From the NCBI GenBank assembly GCA_963833095.1, contig CAWHWQ010000001.1:736001-800000 (forward strand): a stretch of 64,000 bases of DNA, written 5' to 3'. The notes beneath the pieces were generated by a model that saw nothing but the letters and a program-made list of their open reading frames with translations, was not told where the DNA came from and did not search any database. A program made the position numbers and the translations under genes. Position 1 is the first letter of the stretch. Each line of letters starts with the position of its first letter. Shown here in pieces: positions 36,929 through 45,776 of the stretch. This DNA comes from Vulcanimicrobiota bacterium (GTDB lineage: Bacteria; Vulcanimicrobiota; Vulcanimicrobiia; Vulcanimicrobiales; Vulcanimicrobiaceae).

Positions 36929-37499
36929 CGCTCGCGTAGATTGGCGCCATGCTGCGATTCTCCGGCTGAAGCCGGATTCGGCCGTCCTCGCGATAGTAGC
37001 GTTTCACGGTGGCTTCACCGTCGAGCATCGCGACCACGATTTCGCCGTCGCGCGCGACACGCTGCGGTCGCACCATGATCAGATCCCCATCGAGAATGGC
37101 CGCCTCAATCATCGAGTCGCCTTGAACGCGGAGCATGAACGCGTCCGAAATACGCGGCACGAACGATGCGGGCAACACAAACTCGCCTTCGAGATGCTCC
37201 TCGGCCAGGATGGGCGTGCCGGCGGCCACCTTGCCGACGATCGGCATGACGATGCTTTCGGGCACGGGCGAGGAGCCCAAACCCAAGTCAGAACGCAGCG
37301 CGCGGGGTTTGGTGGGGTCGCGCAGGATAAGTCCACGGCGCTCGAGCGCCTTGAGATGCGCGTGAATGGTGGATGAAGATGAAAGGCCAACACGTTCGCC
37401 GATCTCACGAACCGAAGGCGGGTACCCGCGTTCAACCGTGAAGGCGCGAATCACGTCGAGGATCCGCTGCTGTCGTTCCGTCGCTGGTTTGTCGGTCAA
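36882..37499 (-). CDS. lexA: LexA repressor
   Basis: GYPPSVREI, VAAG cleavage site, GDSM, EATVKR. Confidence 0.97.
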   Translation of the reverse strand: MTDKPATERQQRILDVIRAFTVERGYPPSVREIGERVGLSSSSTIHAHLKALERRGLILRDPTKPRALRSDLGLGSSPVPESIVMPIVGKVAAGTPILAEEHLEGEFVLPASFVPRISDAFMLRVQGDSMIEAAILDGDLIMVRPQRVARDGEIVVAMLDGEATVKRYYREDGRIRLQPENRSMAPIYASDVEIIGRVEAVVRRL

Positions 37500-37582
37500 G
37501 GCTCCCTCCGGATTGTGCAGCGCAATGCCACCCGTATGGCATGGGTTTGCTTTACAACCCTAGCACAGGGTATTCAAAAAGG

Positions 37583-37596
37583 CAAACATACGTTCG
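37583..37596. promoter_or_regulatory. SOS (LexA) box 1
   Basis: CAAACATACGTTCG fits GAAC-N4-GTTC with one mismatch. Confidence 0.75.
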
Positions 37597-37604
37597 GCTC
37601 ACGC

Positions 37605-37635
37605 TTGACAGCTCGTGGCCTCCGTGTGGTAAAAT
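37605..37635 (+). promoter_or_regulatory. Sigma70-type promoter for the LysM gene
   Basis: TTGACA-N19-TAAAAT with extended -10 TG. Confidence 0.55.
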
Positions 37636-37643
37636 CTTGGGGA

Positions 37644-37657
37644 CGAACAGTTGTTTG
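37644..37657. promoter_or_regulatory. SOS (LexA) box 2
   Basis: CGAACAGTTGTTTG. Confidence 0.7.
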
Positions 37658-37683
37658 GCCCAAGATGTGGGTAAATTGGTAGT

Positions 37684-37697
37684 CGAACACTCGTTTG
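37684..37697. promoter_or_regulatory. SOS (LexA) box 3
   Basis: CGAACACTCGTTTG. Confidence 0.7.
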
Positions 37698-37712
37698 GCA
37701 CAAGATATGGAA

Positions 37713-37740
37713 GGGCTCTTCGACATGCTCAGGGTGACAG
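37713..37740 (-). repeat. REP-like repeat (TGTCA-C/T-CCTGAGC...GTCGAAG family)
   Basis: CTTCGACATGCTCAGGGTGACAG; matches the copy at 43365-43398. Confidence 0.7.
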
Positions 37741-37751
37741 GGAGAAGTTCT

Positions 37752-38033
37752 GTGGCGACGCGCAAACGGTTCACGCTCATGCCCGCAATCGCGATTGCTT
37801 CGCTCAGTTTGATGGTGACGGTGCCGGCGCTTTCGAGCATGCATCTCTCCGCAGCAACGGCGCAGCGCTACGCGACGGTGACAGTGCAGCCCGGCGATAC
37901 GCTTTGGTCGATTGCTTCGGCACATACAACGGGAAGCGCCGACGTCCAAGAGACGATCGATCAGATCAGCGCCGCGAACCATCTCCAAGCATCGATGCTG
38001 CTTCCCGGCGAAAAGCTCCGCATCCCCGAATAA
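37752..38033 (+). CDS. LysM-domain membrane protein, YneA/ChiZ-like SOS division inhibitor
   Basis: One TM helix plus LysM (VQPGDTLWSIA...N.L....LLPGEKLRIP); divergent from lexA behind three SOS boxes; GGGAGA RBS then GTG. Confidence 0.82.
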   Translation: MATRKRFTLMPAIAIASLSLMVTVPALSSMHLSAATAQRYATVTVQPGDTLWSIASAHTTGSADVQETIDQISAANHLQASMLLPGEKLRIPE

Positions 38034-38035
38034 AT

Positions 38036-38075
38036 TGTCATCCCGAGCGTAGCGCGAAGCGCGTAGTCGAGGGAC
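38036..38075 (+). repeat. REP-like repeat, inverted relative to the 37713 copy
   Basis: TGTCATCCCGAGCGTAGCGCGAAGCGCGTAGTCGAGGGAC. Confidence 0.72.
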
Positions 38076-38083
38076 TGAATCAT

Positions 38084-38114
38084 AAAAGCCGCAGCGATGC
38101 GGCTCTTTCTTTTT
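38084..38114. terminator. Intrinsic terminator, probably bidirectional
   Basis: AAAAGCCGCA-GCGA-TGCGGCT-CTTTCTTTTT between convergent genes. Confidence 0.7.
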
Positions 38115-38337
38115 ATTGGCGGCGACTAACAAGAACGATTGAGTGGCCGGTGTGATCGTCCAAGAACTGCAGGCCCTCCATCATCCACGTGTCGAGCCCG
38201 TCGCCCGAATGTTTGGCGACTTCGCGTACCACATGTACCCGATCGCGCAGCCACGCAAGTTCACTTCGCGTCGTCGTGGGGAAGATCGCGACTTCGCAAT
38301 CCTCGCATTGATATCCGTATTGCATTGTCGTTTCCAT
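38113..38337 (-). CDS. Small putative zinc-binding protein
   Basis: YQCEDC near the N-terminus and DHTGH near the C-terminus (CxxC...HxxH). Confidence 0.6.
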   Translation of the reverse strand: METTMQYGYQCEDCEVAIFPTTTRSELAWLRDRVHVVREVAKHSGDGLDTWMMEGLQFLDDHTGHSIVLVSRRQ

Positions 38338-38346
38338 GCGACGGAA

Positions 38347-38382
38347 CAAGAAAGGGGCCCTCGCGGTTGCGAGAGCCCCTTT
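38347..38382 (-). terminator. Intrinsic terminator after the TonB-dependent receptor
   Basis: Minus strand AAAGGGGCTCTCGC-AACC-GCGAGGGCCCCTTT-CTTG. Confidence 0.72.
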
Positions 38383-38416
38383 CCGTTCACGAACGGTTTG
38401 CGCTAAGCAGTGACGC

Positions 38417-41400
38417 TTAGAGTTTGACCGTTACCGTGAAGTAGGCATTGAACGGCAGGGGCAATTGCGCACCGGCCGCACCGTCAGCTGCCGGCGAACC
38501 GGTCAACGGGCGGTAGCTTTGGAACAGGAAGTTGTACGGTTGCACGCCGCCGTTGGCGACTGCATCGTACGTTGACGGGTTGCCTGCCGTCAGCTGTCCA
38601 GCTCCGTTTTGGAAGTTGGAGATGTACTCTCCGTTGGGCTCGTATCCGCAGACCGCCTGACCCGCCGGATAGGCGCTGGCCCACGCCTGCTTCGTGCCAC
38701 CAAAGCACGAGTGGAAGACGTTGGCCAAGGTCAACTGCGCGCTGATCCGCGGTGAGAGGTCATACGAGATTTGGATGTTGCCGGTCACAACGCTCGGCTC
38801 GCGGAACGCGCCGAGTGTCGCAAACGATCCCGTTTGCGGATTCGGGATATACAGGTACCCAATCGGCGAGGCCGAGGTTCCTTGCAGTGACGTGTAGTCG
38901 CACTGCTGAGGATTCGTGCCTGCCGTCACGATCGGAACGGTCGCGTTAGCCGAGTTGTTTGCACACTCGCGCGGGTCGTAACCGATAACGTCGTACGGCG
39001 TGCCGTACGAGGTGCCTTCCGTGAACTGGACGCTCGGCGTGATCGCAAGCTTGTTCTTGCGATAGTTCAGGACGATCGAGCCAACCCACGGTGAGTCGTA
39101 GTATCCCGGATCCGTGTTAACGCCCGTCTGAAGCAGATAGGACGTTGCCGGATACCAACCGTTGGGATCCAGCGTCCCTTGCGGACTTGCGTTGTAATAC
39201 GGGTTCAGGATCGCGGTGGGCGCCGCGCACGACGATGCCGTGCCCGGTGCCCCAGGCGCAGCCGGGGTGTAGCACGGCGAGCCACCGCCGGCCTTGGTGA
39301 GCAGGTTGAACTGAGAGATGGCATTGTTGATGCCATTGATTTGGTTGGGCAGATCTCCGCCGAACTCGCTGCGATACTGCATCTTGTTGTTGTCGTATGC
39401 AAGCGAGACTTGACCGGAGAGGCCGTTACGGCTGAAGTCGCCCTTCTGCACGCCCAGCTCGACGCCGTAGTTGCGCGTCACACCAACCGGAACTTGCGTC
39501 ACGAAGCCTTGGCCGATGAAGGCGTCGGCTTGATATCCGTTCGTAAAGCTGTAGAACGGCGTGAGTTTGAAGCTCAGGTCGCTTCCGCGAATGTGGCGTT
39601 CGAGTGAGAGGTCGTACTGCGCTGACGACTGCGCCGGGATCGCGTGGAAGGGCGAGAAGAACCCGAGGTTCTCGAAGTTGCCCCACAACGTGTTACCGGC
39701 ACCCGACGAGTACAGGTACTGCACCGACGCCGAAATCGGCGGCTCGGTGTAGCGACCGGCCGAAATGCGCCAGACGGTGTCCGGCGATTCCGTGTACGTT
39801 GCCGATGCGCGCAGCGAGTAGAAGCTCTGCGGATACGAACTTGGCGACGCCGCCGTGAAGTTCGGAACCGTGAACGAGCTCGTTTGCGTTTGATCGCCGT
39901 TCGGGTGGACGTAGGTTACGCCCGCCGGAATGACGACGCCGGCAGCCGTGAGGCCGGCATTACAGTTGCCGTTGATGTACTGGAGCGGCGCAGGCGGCGG
40001 GACGCCGGGCGGTAATGGTTCGCCGGCGACGCCGTAGGACGGATTCCAGCACGTGTACTTGTTCACGATCTGCGCGTAGAACTGGTTCGCAGTCGTGTTG
40101 CTGTCGGCGAGATCGTACAGGTAATCTTCGTAGCGAAGACCACCGCTGATCAGCCATTTGTCGTTGGGACGGAAGTCGTCGGTCAACGACACGAAGGTGA
40201 ACTTCGGTTGCACCGTATTAAAGGTACCCGAAGCGTTGCCTTGCCACAGGGTATCCCAGTTTGCACCGGCGGCAGTACCGGCCGGTCCAACGGGGCCGGT
40301 GGGCCCAGCAACCGAGTTGCTCTTATACGAGCTCGAGTAGCACGGGACAGCCGTGTCGTAGCCTGGACTGGCCGCATTCTCGTTCCAACACGTCCATTGA
40401 CCGCCAGCTTGGCTGATCGCACCAATTGGCGAGGCTTCGCCGAGGTAGCCCGTGTTATTGAAGCGGGTTACGTTGGCTGATGTGAAGTTGCCCGTCAACT
40501 GCACGAGGTTTTGTGCATTGAACTGATCGGCGAACTGGAGTTCACCGCCGGCCGTGTGCGTGATGAGATCGTAGTTCGGCGAGATACCGGTGCTGTAGTC
40601 AGCATCGTATCCGGCCGCGTCGATCGCGCCCGCTTGCGTCCAGTCCGAGAAGAACGTGTACGCAAATGCACGGATGTACGAGTGATCCGAGAGTTCGTGC
40701 GTGTACTGCGCTTTGACGATCCCGGTGTCGTTCCAGTAGTTGTCCGGCTGGTCGGCCGGAATCGTCGCGAAGGGCGCGCGATTGGTCGGGCTGGACGGCT
40801 GGTAGTAGTTCTCCAGCGTCAGACCCGAGATCGGGGTGCCGAATGCACCGTTATAGACCTGCGCGTCGACGAACGACGCGCCGGGTCCGGCTGCGCCGGT
40901 TGTCAACACGGATTGCAGTTCCTGACCGTACGTCAGGCCGCTTCCGTCGTTGAGCGGCTGCGAACCGAGATCGTTTGCGCTGCTGTAGAGGAACGTTTTG
41001 AGCGATGACGAGCTGTAGAGCAGCTGGATGTCATCGCGCAGACCGTTCTTGCGCGGGATCCCGAAGTGGAAGTTGACCACGTTTTCGCGGTCGCTGATCA
41101 TCGACGCTGCACCGATGAGGCCGAAGTACGGGATTAAGCATCCCGTCGGGGCCGGATAAGCCGTCGTTGAAGCGACCGGGTTAACCGTGGGAACGCCGTT
41201 TGCCGCGTTTTGACACGCGACTTGGGGACCCTCGACCAACGTGTTAAACGAGAGATCCGGCGAGAAGAAATCCGGGAGGATACTGTAGCTCTCGAATACT
41301 CCGCCCGGACCCATGTAGCTCGAACCGTTGTTATTGTCGATCACGCGGTTGGCTTGATTGTATCCGCTGATGCCGACGTAGTAGCTGAAGTTACGGTCAG

Positions 41401-42241
41401 GCGTCGCGCCGCCGGCTTCAACCTTGGCTTGATGGTAGAACGCGTCCGTAGCGATGCCGCCCGTGAGCGATGCATAGCCGGGATACGTTCCCGTCTTGAT
41501 AACCTGGTTGATGAAGCCCGAGGTACCCGCCGACGAGTTCGACGCAGGTCCACCGCCGGTGTACACCTGAAGCTCTTGCAAGCCCAGGTTCGACTCCGTC
41601 GAGGAGTTGTAGTTGTCGAACGCGCGGTTGACCGGGATGCCGTCGTATTCAAATCCGGTGAAGAACGACTGCGAACCACGGATATACACGTCTTGACCCC
41701 AACCCATGCCGCCGATTGGCACGTTCACGCCGGGGACCGACGCGATCGCCGAATAGGCGCTGTTGAGATTTCCGCCGCCACCGAGCGCGGCTGTCGCCGT
41801 GATCGCTGCTGCGTTGACGTTGTAGAGATCCGATCCGACACTGCCTCGAACGAGCGAGCCCGCAGCGGTCGATGTTACGTGCGCAATTGTTTTGAGCGCA
41901 GGTTGCATCGTGTACGCTTGGGTTTGCTGTTGGTCGGCAAAAACCGTGATGCCGGCCACAGAGATCGGATTGTATTGGTCTTTTTCGATCGACACCGTAT
42001 ATGTATCCGGTGCCAACGAGAGGAACACAAAGTGTCCCGTTGAGTCCGTCTGGGTGGAAGCAACCTGCGATGCCGAGCTTACCTTTACGGCAGCCCCGGC
42101 AACCGGTTTACCACTTTCGTCTCGAACCGAGCCGCTGAGTCCGCCCGTGGTTCCTGCCAGTGCCCATGTTCCCTGAAGCAAGAACGCTACGAGAAGCATC
42201 AACGCCACGGCCACCTGACGGATGGTCCGTTTGCTTGTCAT
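38417..42241 (-). CDS. TonB-dependent receptor with N-terminal carboxypeptidase-regulatory-like domain
   Basis: Signal peptide; GSVRDESGKPVAGA, SLAPDTYTV; plug-like SVPGV...YIRG...YDGIPVN...SGFINQVIKTG; beta-barrel-type alternating strands. Confidence 0.85.
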   Translation of the reverse strand: MTSKRTIRQVAVALMLLVAFLLQGTWALAGTTGGLSGSVRDESGKPVAGAAVKVSSASQVASTQTDSTGHFVFLSLAPDTYTVSIEKDQYNPISVAGITVFADQQQTQAYTMQPALKTIAHVTSTAAGSLVRGSVGSDLYNVNAAAITATAALGGGGNLNSAYSAIASVPGVNVPIGGMGWGQDVYIRGSQSFFTGFEYDGIPVNRAFDNYNSSTESNLGLQELQVYTGGGPASNSSAGTSGFINQVIKTGTYPGYASLTGGIATDAFYHQAKVEAGGATPDRNFSYYVGISGYNQANRVIDNNNGSSYMGPGGVFESYSILPDFFSPDLSFNTLVEGPQVACQNAANGVPTVNPVASTTAYPAPTGCLIPYFGLIGAASMISDRENVVNFHFGIPRKNGLRDDIQLLYSSSSLKTFLYSSANDLGSQPLNDGSGLTYGQELQSVLTTGAAGPGASFVDAQVYNGAFGTPISGLTLENYYQPSSPTNRAPFATIPADQPDNYWNDTGIVKAQYTHELSDHSYIRAFAYTFFSDWTQAGAIDAAGYDADYSTGISPNYDLITHTAGGELQFADQFNAQNLVQLTGNFTSANVTRFNNTGYLGEASPIGAISQAGGQWTCWNENAASPGYDTAVPCYSSSYKSNSVAGPTGPVGPAGTAAGANWDTLWQGNASGTFNTVQPKFTFVSLTDDFRPNDKWLISGGLRYEDYLYDLADSNTTANQFYAQIVNKYTCWNPSYGVAGEPLPPGVPPPAPLQYINGNCNAGLTAAGVVIPAGVTYVHPNGDQTQTSSFTVPNFTAASPSSYPQSFYSLRASATYTESPDTVWRISAGRYTEPPISASVQYLYSSGAGNTLWGNFENLGFFSPFHAIPAQSSAQYDLSLERHIRGSDLSFKLTPFYSFTNGYQADAFIGQGFVTQVPVGVTRNYGVELGVQKGDFSRNGLSGQVSLAYDNNKMQYRSEFGGDLPNQINGINNAISQFNLLTKAGGGSPCYTPAAPGAPGTASSCAAPTAILNPYYNASPQGTLDPNGWYPATSYLLQTGVNTDPGYYDSPWVGSIVLNYRKNKLAITPSVQFTEGTSYGTPYDVIGYDPRECANNSANATVPIVTAGTNPQQCDYTSLQGTSASPIGYLYIPNPQTGSFATLGAFREPSVVTGNIQISYDLSPRISAQLTLANVFHSCFGGTKQAWASAYPAGQAVCGYEPNGEYISNFQNGAGQLTAGNPSTYDAVANGGVQPYNFLFQSYRPLTGSPAADGAAGAQLPLPFNAYFTVTVKL

Positions 42242-42405
42242 TGATAGCCCTCAATTGTTGGTGAGTGACATTCCATTTCCGCACCATGCGGATTCGTCAG
42301 TAGACGACCGATTCAAGCGCCGCAATTGCGGCATCTCAAACGAGTCTCAGGCTGACGTGAGGGTCGTTTTTCACCCGACCAACGTCGCATCCTTTAAGGC
42401 AGCTT

Positions 42406-42440
42406 AAAAAATAGGGGGCCGCTGTGAACAGCGGACCCCT
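42406..42440 (-). terminator. Intrinsic terminator after sucD
   Basis: Minus strand AGGGGTCCGCTG-TTCA-CAGCGGCCCCCT-ATTTTTT. Confidence 0.75.
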
Positions 42441-42467
42441 CCAATTCTTAAGGTTTTTTCCCGGCTT

Positions 42468-43346
42468 TTAGACGACGGCGGCCATCCGTTCAGCGAGCAT
42501 CGCCGGGATCTGGGACGGGCGATCGGCAACCGGTACTCCGGCGGCCTGGAAGGCCGCGATTTTGCTCTGCGGCGTGCCGAAAGCGCCGGAGATAATCGCG
42601 CCGGCGTGACCCAGCGATTTTCCCGGCGGCGCGTTGCGCCCGCCGACGAAGGCAACGATCGGCATGCCCGCCAGATGCTCCTTGACGAAGGCGGCAGCGT
42701 CTTCCTCATCTGAGCCGCCGATCTCGCCGCAGATGACGATAGCTTGCGTCTGGGGGTCGTTCTTGAACTCTCGCAAACAGTCCACGAAGGTCGTGCCGAT
42801 GATGGGGTCGCCCCCGATGCCGACACAGGTCGACTGCCCAAGACCCGCGCGGGTCAATCCGTCGACCACCTCGTAGGTCAGGGTGCCCGAACGCGAGATC
42901 AAGCCCACGTTGCCTTCCTTGAAAATGTGACCGGGCATGATGCCGACCGACGACTTGCCGGGTGAAATGAGCCCAGGACAGTTGGGACCGATGATCCGCA
43001 TGCCCGGCGTCGTTCCGACCACACGCAGCATGTCGTGGACCGGCACGCCTTCGGTGATGCAGACCGAAAAGCGCACGCCTGCCTCGTAAGCCTCGAAGAG
43101 CGCGTCGGCCGCCCCGGACGGCGGAACGAAAATGCATTGATGGGTCGCGCCGGTTGCCTCGACACACTCTTGCACCGTGTTGAAAACCGGGAGACCGTGC
43201 TCGGTTTTTTGCCCGCCCTTGCCCGGCGTGACGCCGCCGACGATGTTCGTGCCGTAGGCAAGCATACGTCCGGTATGATACGAGCCTTCGGCACCCGTAA
43301 TGCCTTGCACGAAGACCTTGCTGTTCTTGTCTAAGTAAATTGACAT
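42468..43346 (-). CDS. sucD: Succinate--CoA ligase alpha subunit
   Basis: [39 protein letters not shown]. Confidence 0.96.
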   Translation of the reverse strand: MSIYLDKNSKVFVQGITGAEGSYHTGRMLAYGTNIVGGVTPGKGGQKTEHGLPVFNTVQECVEATGATHQCIFVPPSGAADALFEAYEAGVRFSVCITEGVPVHDMLRVVGTTPGMRIIGPNCPGLISPGKSSVGIMPGHIFKEGNVGLISRSGTLTYEVVDGLTRAGLGQSTCVGIGGDPIIGTTFVDCLREFKNDPQTQAIVICGEIGGSDEEDAAAFVKEHLAGMPIVAFVGGRNAPPGKSLGHAGAIISGAFGTPQSKIAAFQAAGVPVADRPSQIPAMLAERMAAVV

Positions 43347-43353
43347 TTCATAT

Positions 43354-43419
43354 GATCCTTCGCCCTTCGACTACGCTTCGCTACGCTCAGGGTGACAGTT
43401 TGCTACGCTCAGGATGACA
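43354..43419 (-). repeat. Nested REP-like repeat pair overlapping the sucC stop codon
   Basis: GATCCTTCG[CCCTTCGACTACGCTTCGCTACGCTCAGGGTGACA-GTTT]GCTACGCTCAGGATGACA. Confidence 0.75.
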
Positions 43420-44581
43420 CGGCAGCAAGTTCAACCGCTCGCTGCGCGCCTTCGTCCATGGTTTCAACCGGCGTCATGCCGGCTTCTTTGAGAATGCGCC
43501 GCCCCTCGGCTTCGTTGGTTCCGGTAAGACGAATAACCAGCGGAATCTTGCGCGCTTTGGTCGTGTTTAACGCTTCGACGATACCCTTGGCGACTTCGTC
43601 GCCGCGGGTGATCCCGCCGAAGATGTTGATGAAAAAAACCTTCGCGCCGGTGTGATTGACTACCAGCTCGTAGCAGTTACGCACGCGCTGCGCATTCGCA
43701 CCGCCGCCGACGTCGAGAAAGTTGGCGATCTCGCCGCCCGCGTTCTTGACCGCGTCCATCGTCGCCATCGCAAGGCCGGCGCCGTTTGCCATCGTTCCTA
43801 CCGTGCCGGGGAACGTGCGGAAGTTGCGGATGCCCAGACCCGCTTGCGCAGCCAGTGATTCGTCAGCATCGAGCGGCAGCGTTTTCTGCCACTCTTTGAA
43901 CTCGGGATGACGGAAGAGCGCGTCATCGTCAAGCTCGACCTTCGCATCCGCCGCGATCACGCGGCCGTCTTTGGTAAGAATGAGCGGATTGATCTCGACG
44001 AGCGGTGCGCCGTAGGCGAAAAACAAGTTGTACATGCCGGCGACGATCGCCGGAAATCCCTTGCGATATCCGGCATCCAAATCAGCCTTGAACGCAAGTT
44101 CGCGCCCGATGAACGGCGAGTACCCGATCGCGGTGTCGACGTAGAACGTGTGAAACGACTCGGGATGTTTCTCGTGCACTTCTTCGACGTCCATGCCGCC
44201 GAAGCGCGTGACGATGATCGCCGGCTTCTTGGTCGTGCGATCGACCGAGATCGCACAATACGATTCCAAAGCGACATCGAGCGTTTCCTCGACCAGCACC
44301 GAGTTCACCGGTTCGCCGTTGGGGTTCTGGCGATTCGGCGGCATCGGCGTCGCCATGATCTCGGCTGCGGCTTTGCGCCCCTCTTCCGGCGTCGTCGCAA
44401 ATTTGATCTTGCCGGCTTTACCGCGCCCGCCCATGAGGACTTGCGCTTTGATAACCCATTTGCCGGGATTCTTTTCGATGAACGCGGCGACTTCGTCGGG
44501 CGTGTTGCAGTGCTGCGAGCGCGGAACCGGTATCCCGCTTCGGCGGAATAGCTCCTTGCCCTGATACTCCATGAGATTCAT
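43409..44581 (-). CDS. sucC: Succinate--CoA ligase beta subunit
   Basis: MNLMEYQGK, KAQV.MGGRGKAG, EINPL, NGAGLAMATMD, NFLDVGGG, NIFGGI. Confidence 0.96.
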   Translation of the reverse strand: MNLMEYQGKELFRRSGIPVPRSQHCNTPDEVAAFIEKNPGKWVIKAQVLMGGRGKAGKIKFATTPEEGRKAAAEIMATPMPPNRQNPNGEPVNSVLVEETLDVALESYCAISVDRTTKKPAIIVTRFGGMDVEEVHEKHPESFHTFYVDTAIGYSPFIGRELAFKADLDAGYRKGFPAIVAGMYNLFFAYGAPLVEINPLILTKDGRVIAADAKVELDDDALFRHPEFKEWQKTLPLDADESLAAQAGLGIRNFRTFPGTVGTMANGAGLAMATMDAVKNAGGEIANFLDVGGGANAQRVRNCYELVVNHTGAKVFFINIFGGITRGDEVAKGIVEALNTTKARKIPLVIRLTGTNEAEGRRILKEAGMTPVETMDEGAQRAVELAAVSS

Positions 44582-44600
44582 GGCGTGTTTGTCTTCTCTC

Positions 44601-45764
44601 CTAGTCTAATTTGCCGAGTAGGGATCGTGCGATGATGATCTGCTGGATTTCCGAGGTACCTTCGTAGATCTCGGTGATCTTGGCGTCGCGGTAGAACCGC
44701 TCGACCGGGAATTCCGTGGTGTACCCGTAGCCGCCGTGGATTTGAATCGCCTCGGCCGCGTGCTTGCGCGCTGCGGTCGACGCAAAGAGCTTTGCTTTGC
44801 TCGCCTCGATCACGTAGGGCCGCCCCGCGTCGGCCAGCGCCGCCGCACGATAGACCAGCAGGCGTGCCGCGTCGAGGTCCATCGCCATCTGCGCGATCTT
44901 GAACGAAATGCCCTCGAAGGCCCCGATAGCGCGACCGAATGCCACGCGATCCTTGGCAAACGCCACCGAATGATCCAGGCAGGCCGCAACGATGCCGGTC
45001 GCCTGCGCGGCGATGCCGATGCGGCCGCCGGCCAAGGCGTTCATCGCCGATCCGAACCCATCGCCCTCTCGACCCAGCAGCGTGTTTTCCGGCACGCGCA
45101 CGTCGTCGAAAGCAAGATCGCACGTATTGCTGGTATGGATCCCGAGCTTTTCGGTAATTTTCTCGACCGAAATCCCCGGCGTGTCGTTGTCGACCAGAAA
45201 GGCGCTGATGCCGCGCGAGCCACCGCCGCCCGTGCGAAACATCGCAAGCGTAACGCCCGCAACGCTGCCGTTGGTGCACCATTGCTTGCGGCCGTTGAGC
45301 ACGTAGGCGCCGCCGTCTCGCTTGGCGCTTGCGCGAATGGATGCCGCATCCGAGCCGAAGTCCGGCTCGGTGAGCGCGAACGCGGCGATCACGTCGCCCG
45401 CGGCGAGCTTGGGAAGCCACTGTAATTTTTGCTCTTCGGTGCCCAAGCGTGAAACCGCCGAAGCGATCATCGAATGTACCGAGAGCGTGACCGCGCTGCC
45501 GGCGTCGACGCGCGCAATCTCTTCGACCGCCAGCGCGTAGGCGACATAACCGGCGCCGACGCCGCCATAGGCTTCGGGCACAACAATGCCCATGATACCC
45601 GCGTCGTTGAGTTTGGTGAAGAGCGCGCGCGGAAAAACGTGCTCGCGATCCCACAGCGCGATGTTCGGCGCGATCTCACGCTGCGCAATCTCCGCAGCAA
45701 GCGCGGCGATTTGCCGCTGTTCGCCGGTAAGATCGAACTGCGCCCGCGCACTCGAATCAATCAT
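44601..45764 (-). CDS. Acyl-CoA dehydrogenase (short-chain/butyryl-CoA type)
   Basis: FALTEP..GSDA, GRIGIAAQA, QIHGGYGY, YRDAKITEIYEGTSEIQ. Confidence 0.94.
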   Translation of the reverse strand: MIDSSARAQFDLTGEQRQIAALAAEIAQREIAPNIALWDREHVFPRALFTKLNDAGIMGIVVPEAYGGVGAGYVAYALAVEEIARVDAGSAVTLSVHSMIASAVSRLGTEEQKLQWLPKLAAGDVIAAFALTEPDFGSDAASIRASAKRDGGAYVLNGRKQWCTNGSVAGVTLAMFRTGGGGSRGISAFLVDNDTPGISVEKITEKLGIHTSNTCDLAFDDVRVPENTLLGREGDGFGSAMNALAGGRIGIAAQATGIVAACLDHSVAFAKDRVAFGRAIGAFEGISFKIAQMAMDLDAARLLVYRAAALADAGRPYVIEASKAKLFASTAARKHAAEAIQIHGGYGYTTEFPVERFYRDAKITEIYEGTSEIQQIIIARSLLGKLD

Positions 45765-45776
45765 GAAACGGCGATA

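Noticed and set aside
37713..43419. REP-like repeats as a CRISPR array or IS ends
   Set aside because: Copies are dispersed, variable in length and palindromic, with no regular spacers, cas genes or transposase
44578..45654. 358-aa minus-strand alternative-frame ORF
   Set aside because: Off-frame overlap with the acyl-CoA dehydrogenase; Arg-rich composition typical of a non-coding frame
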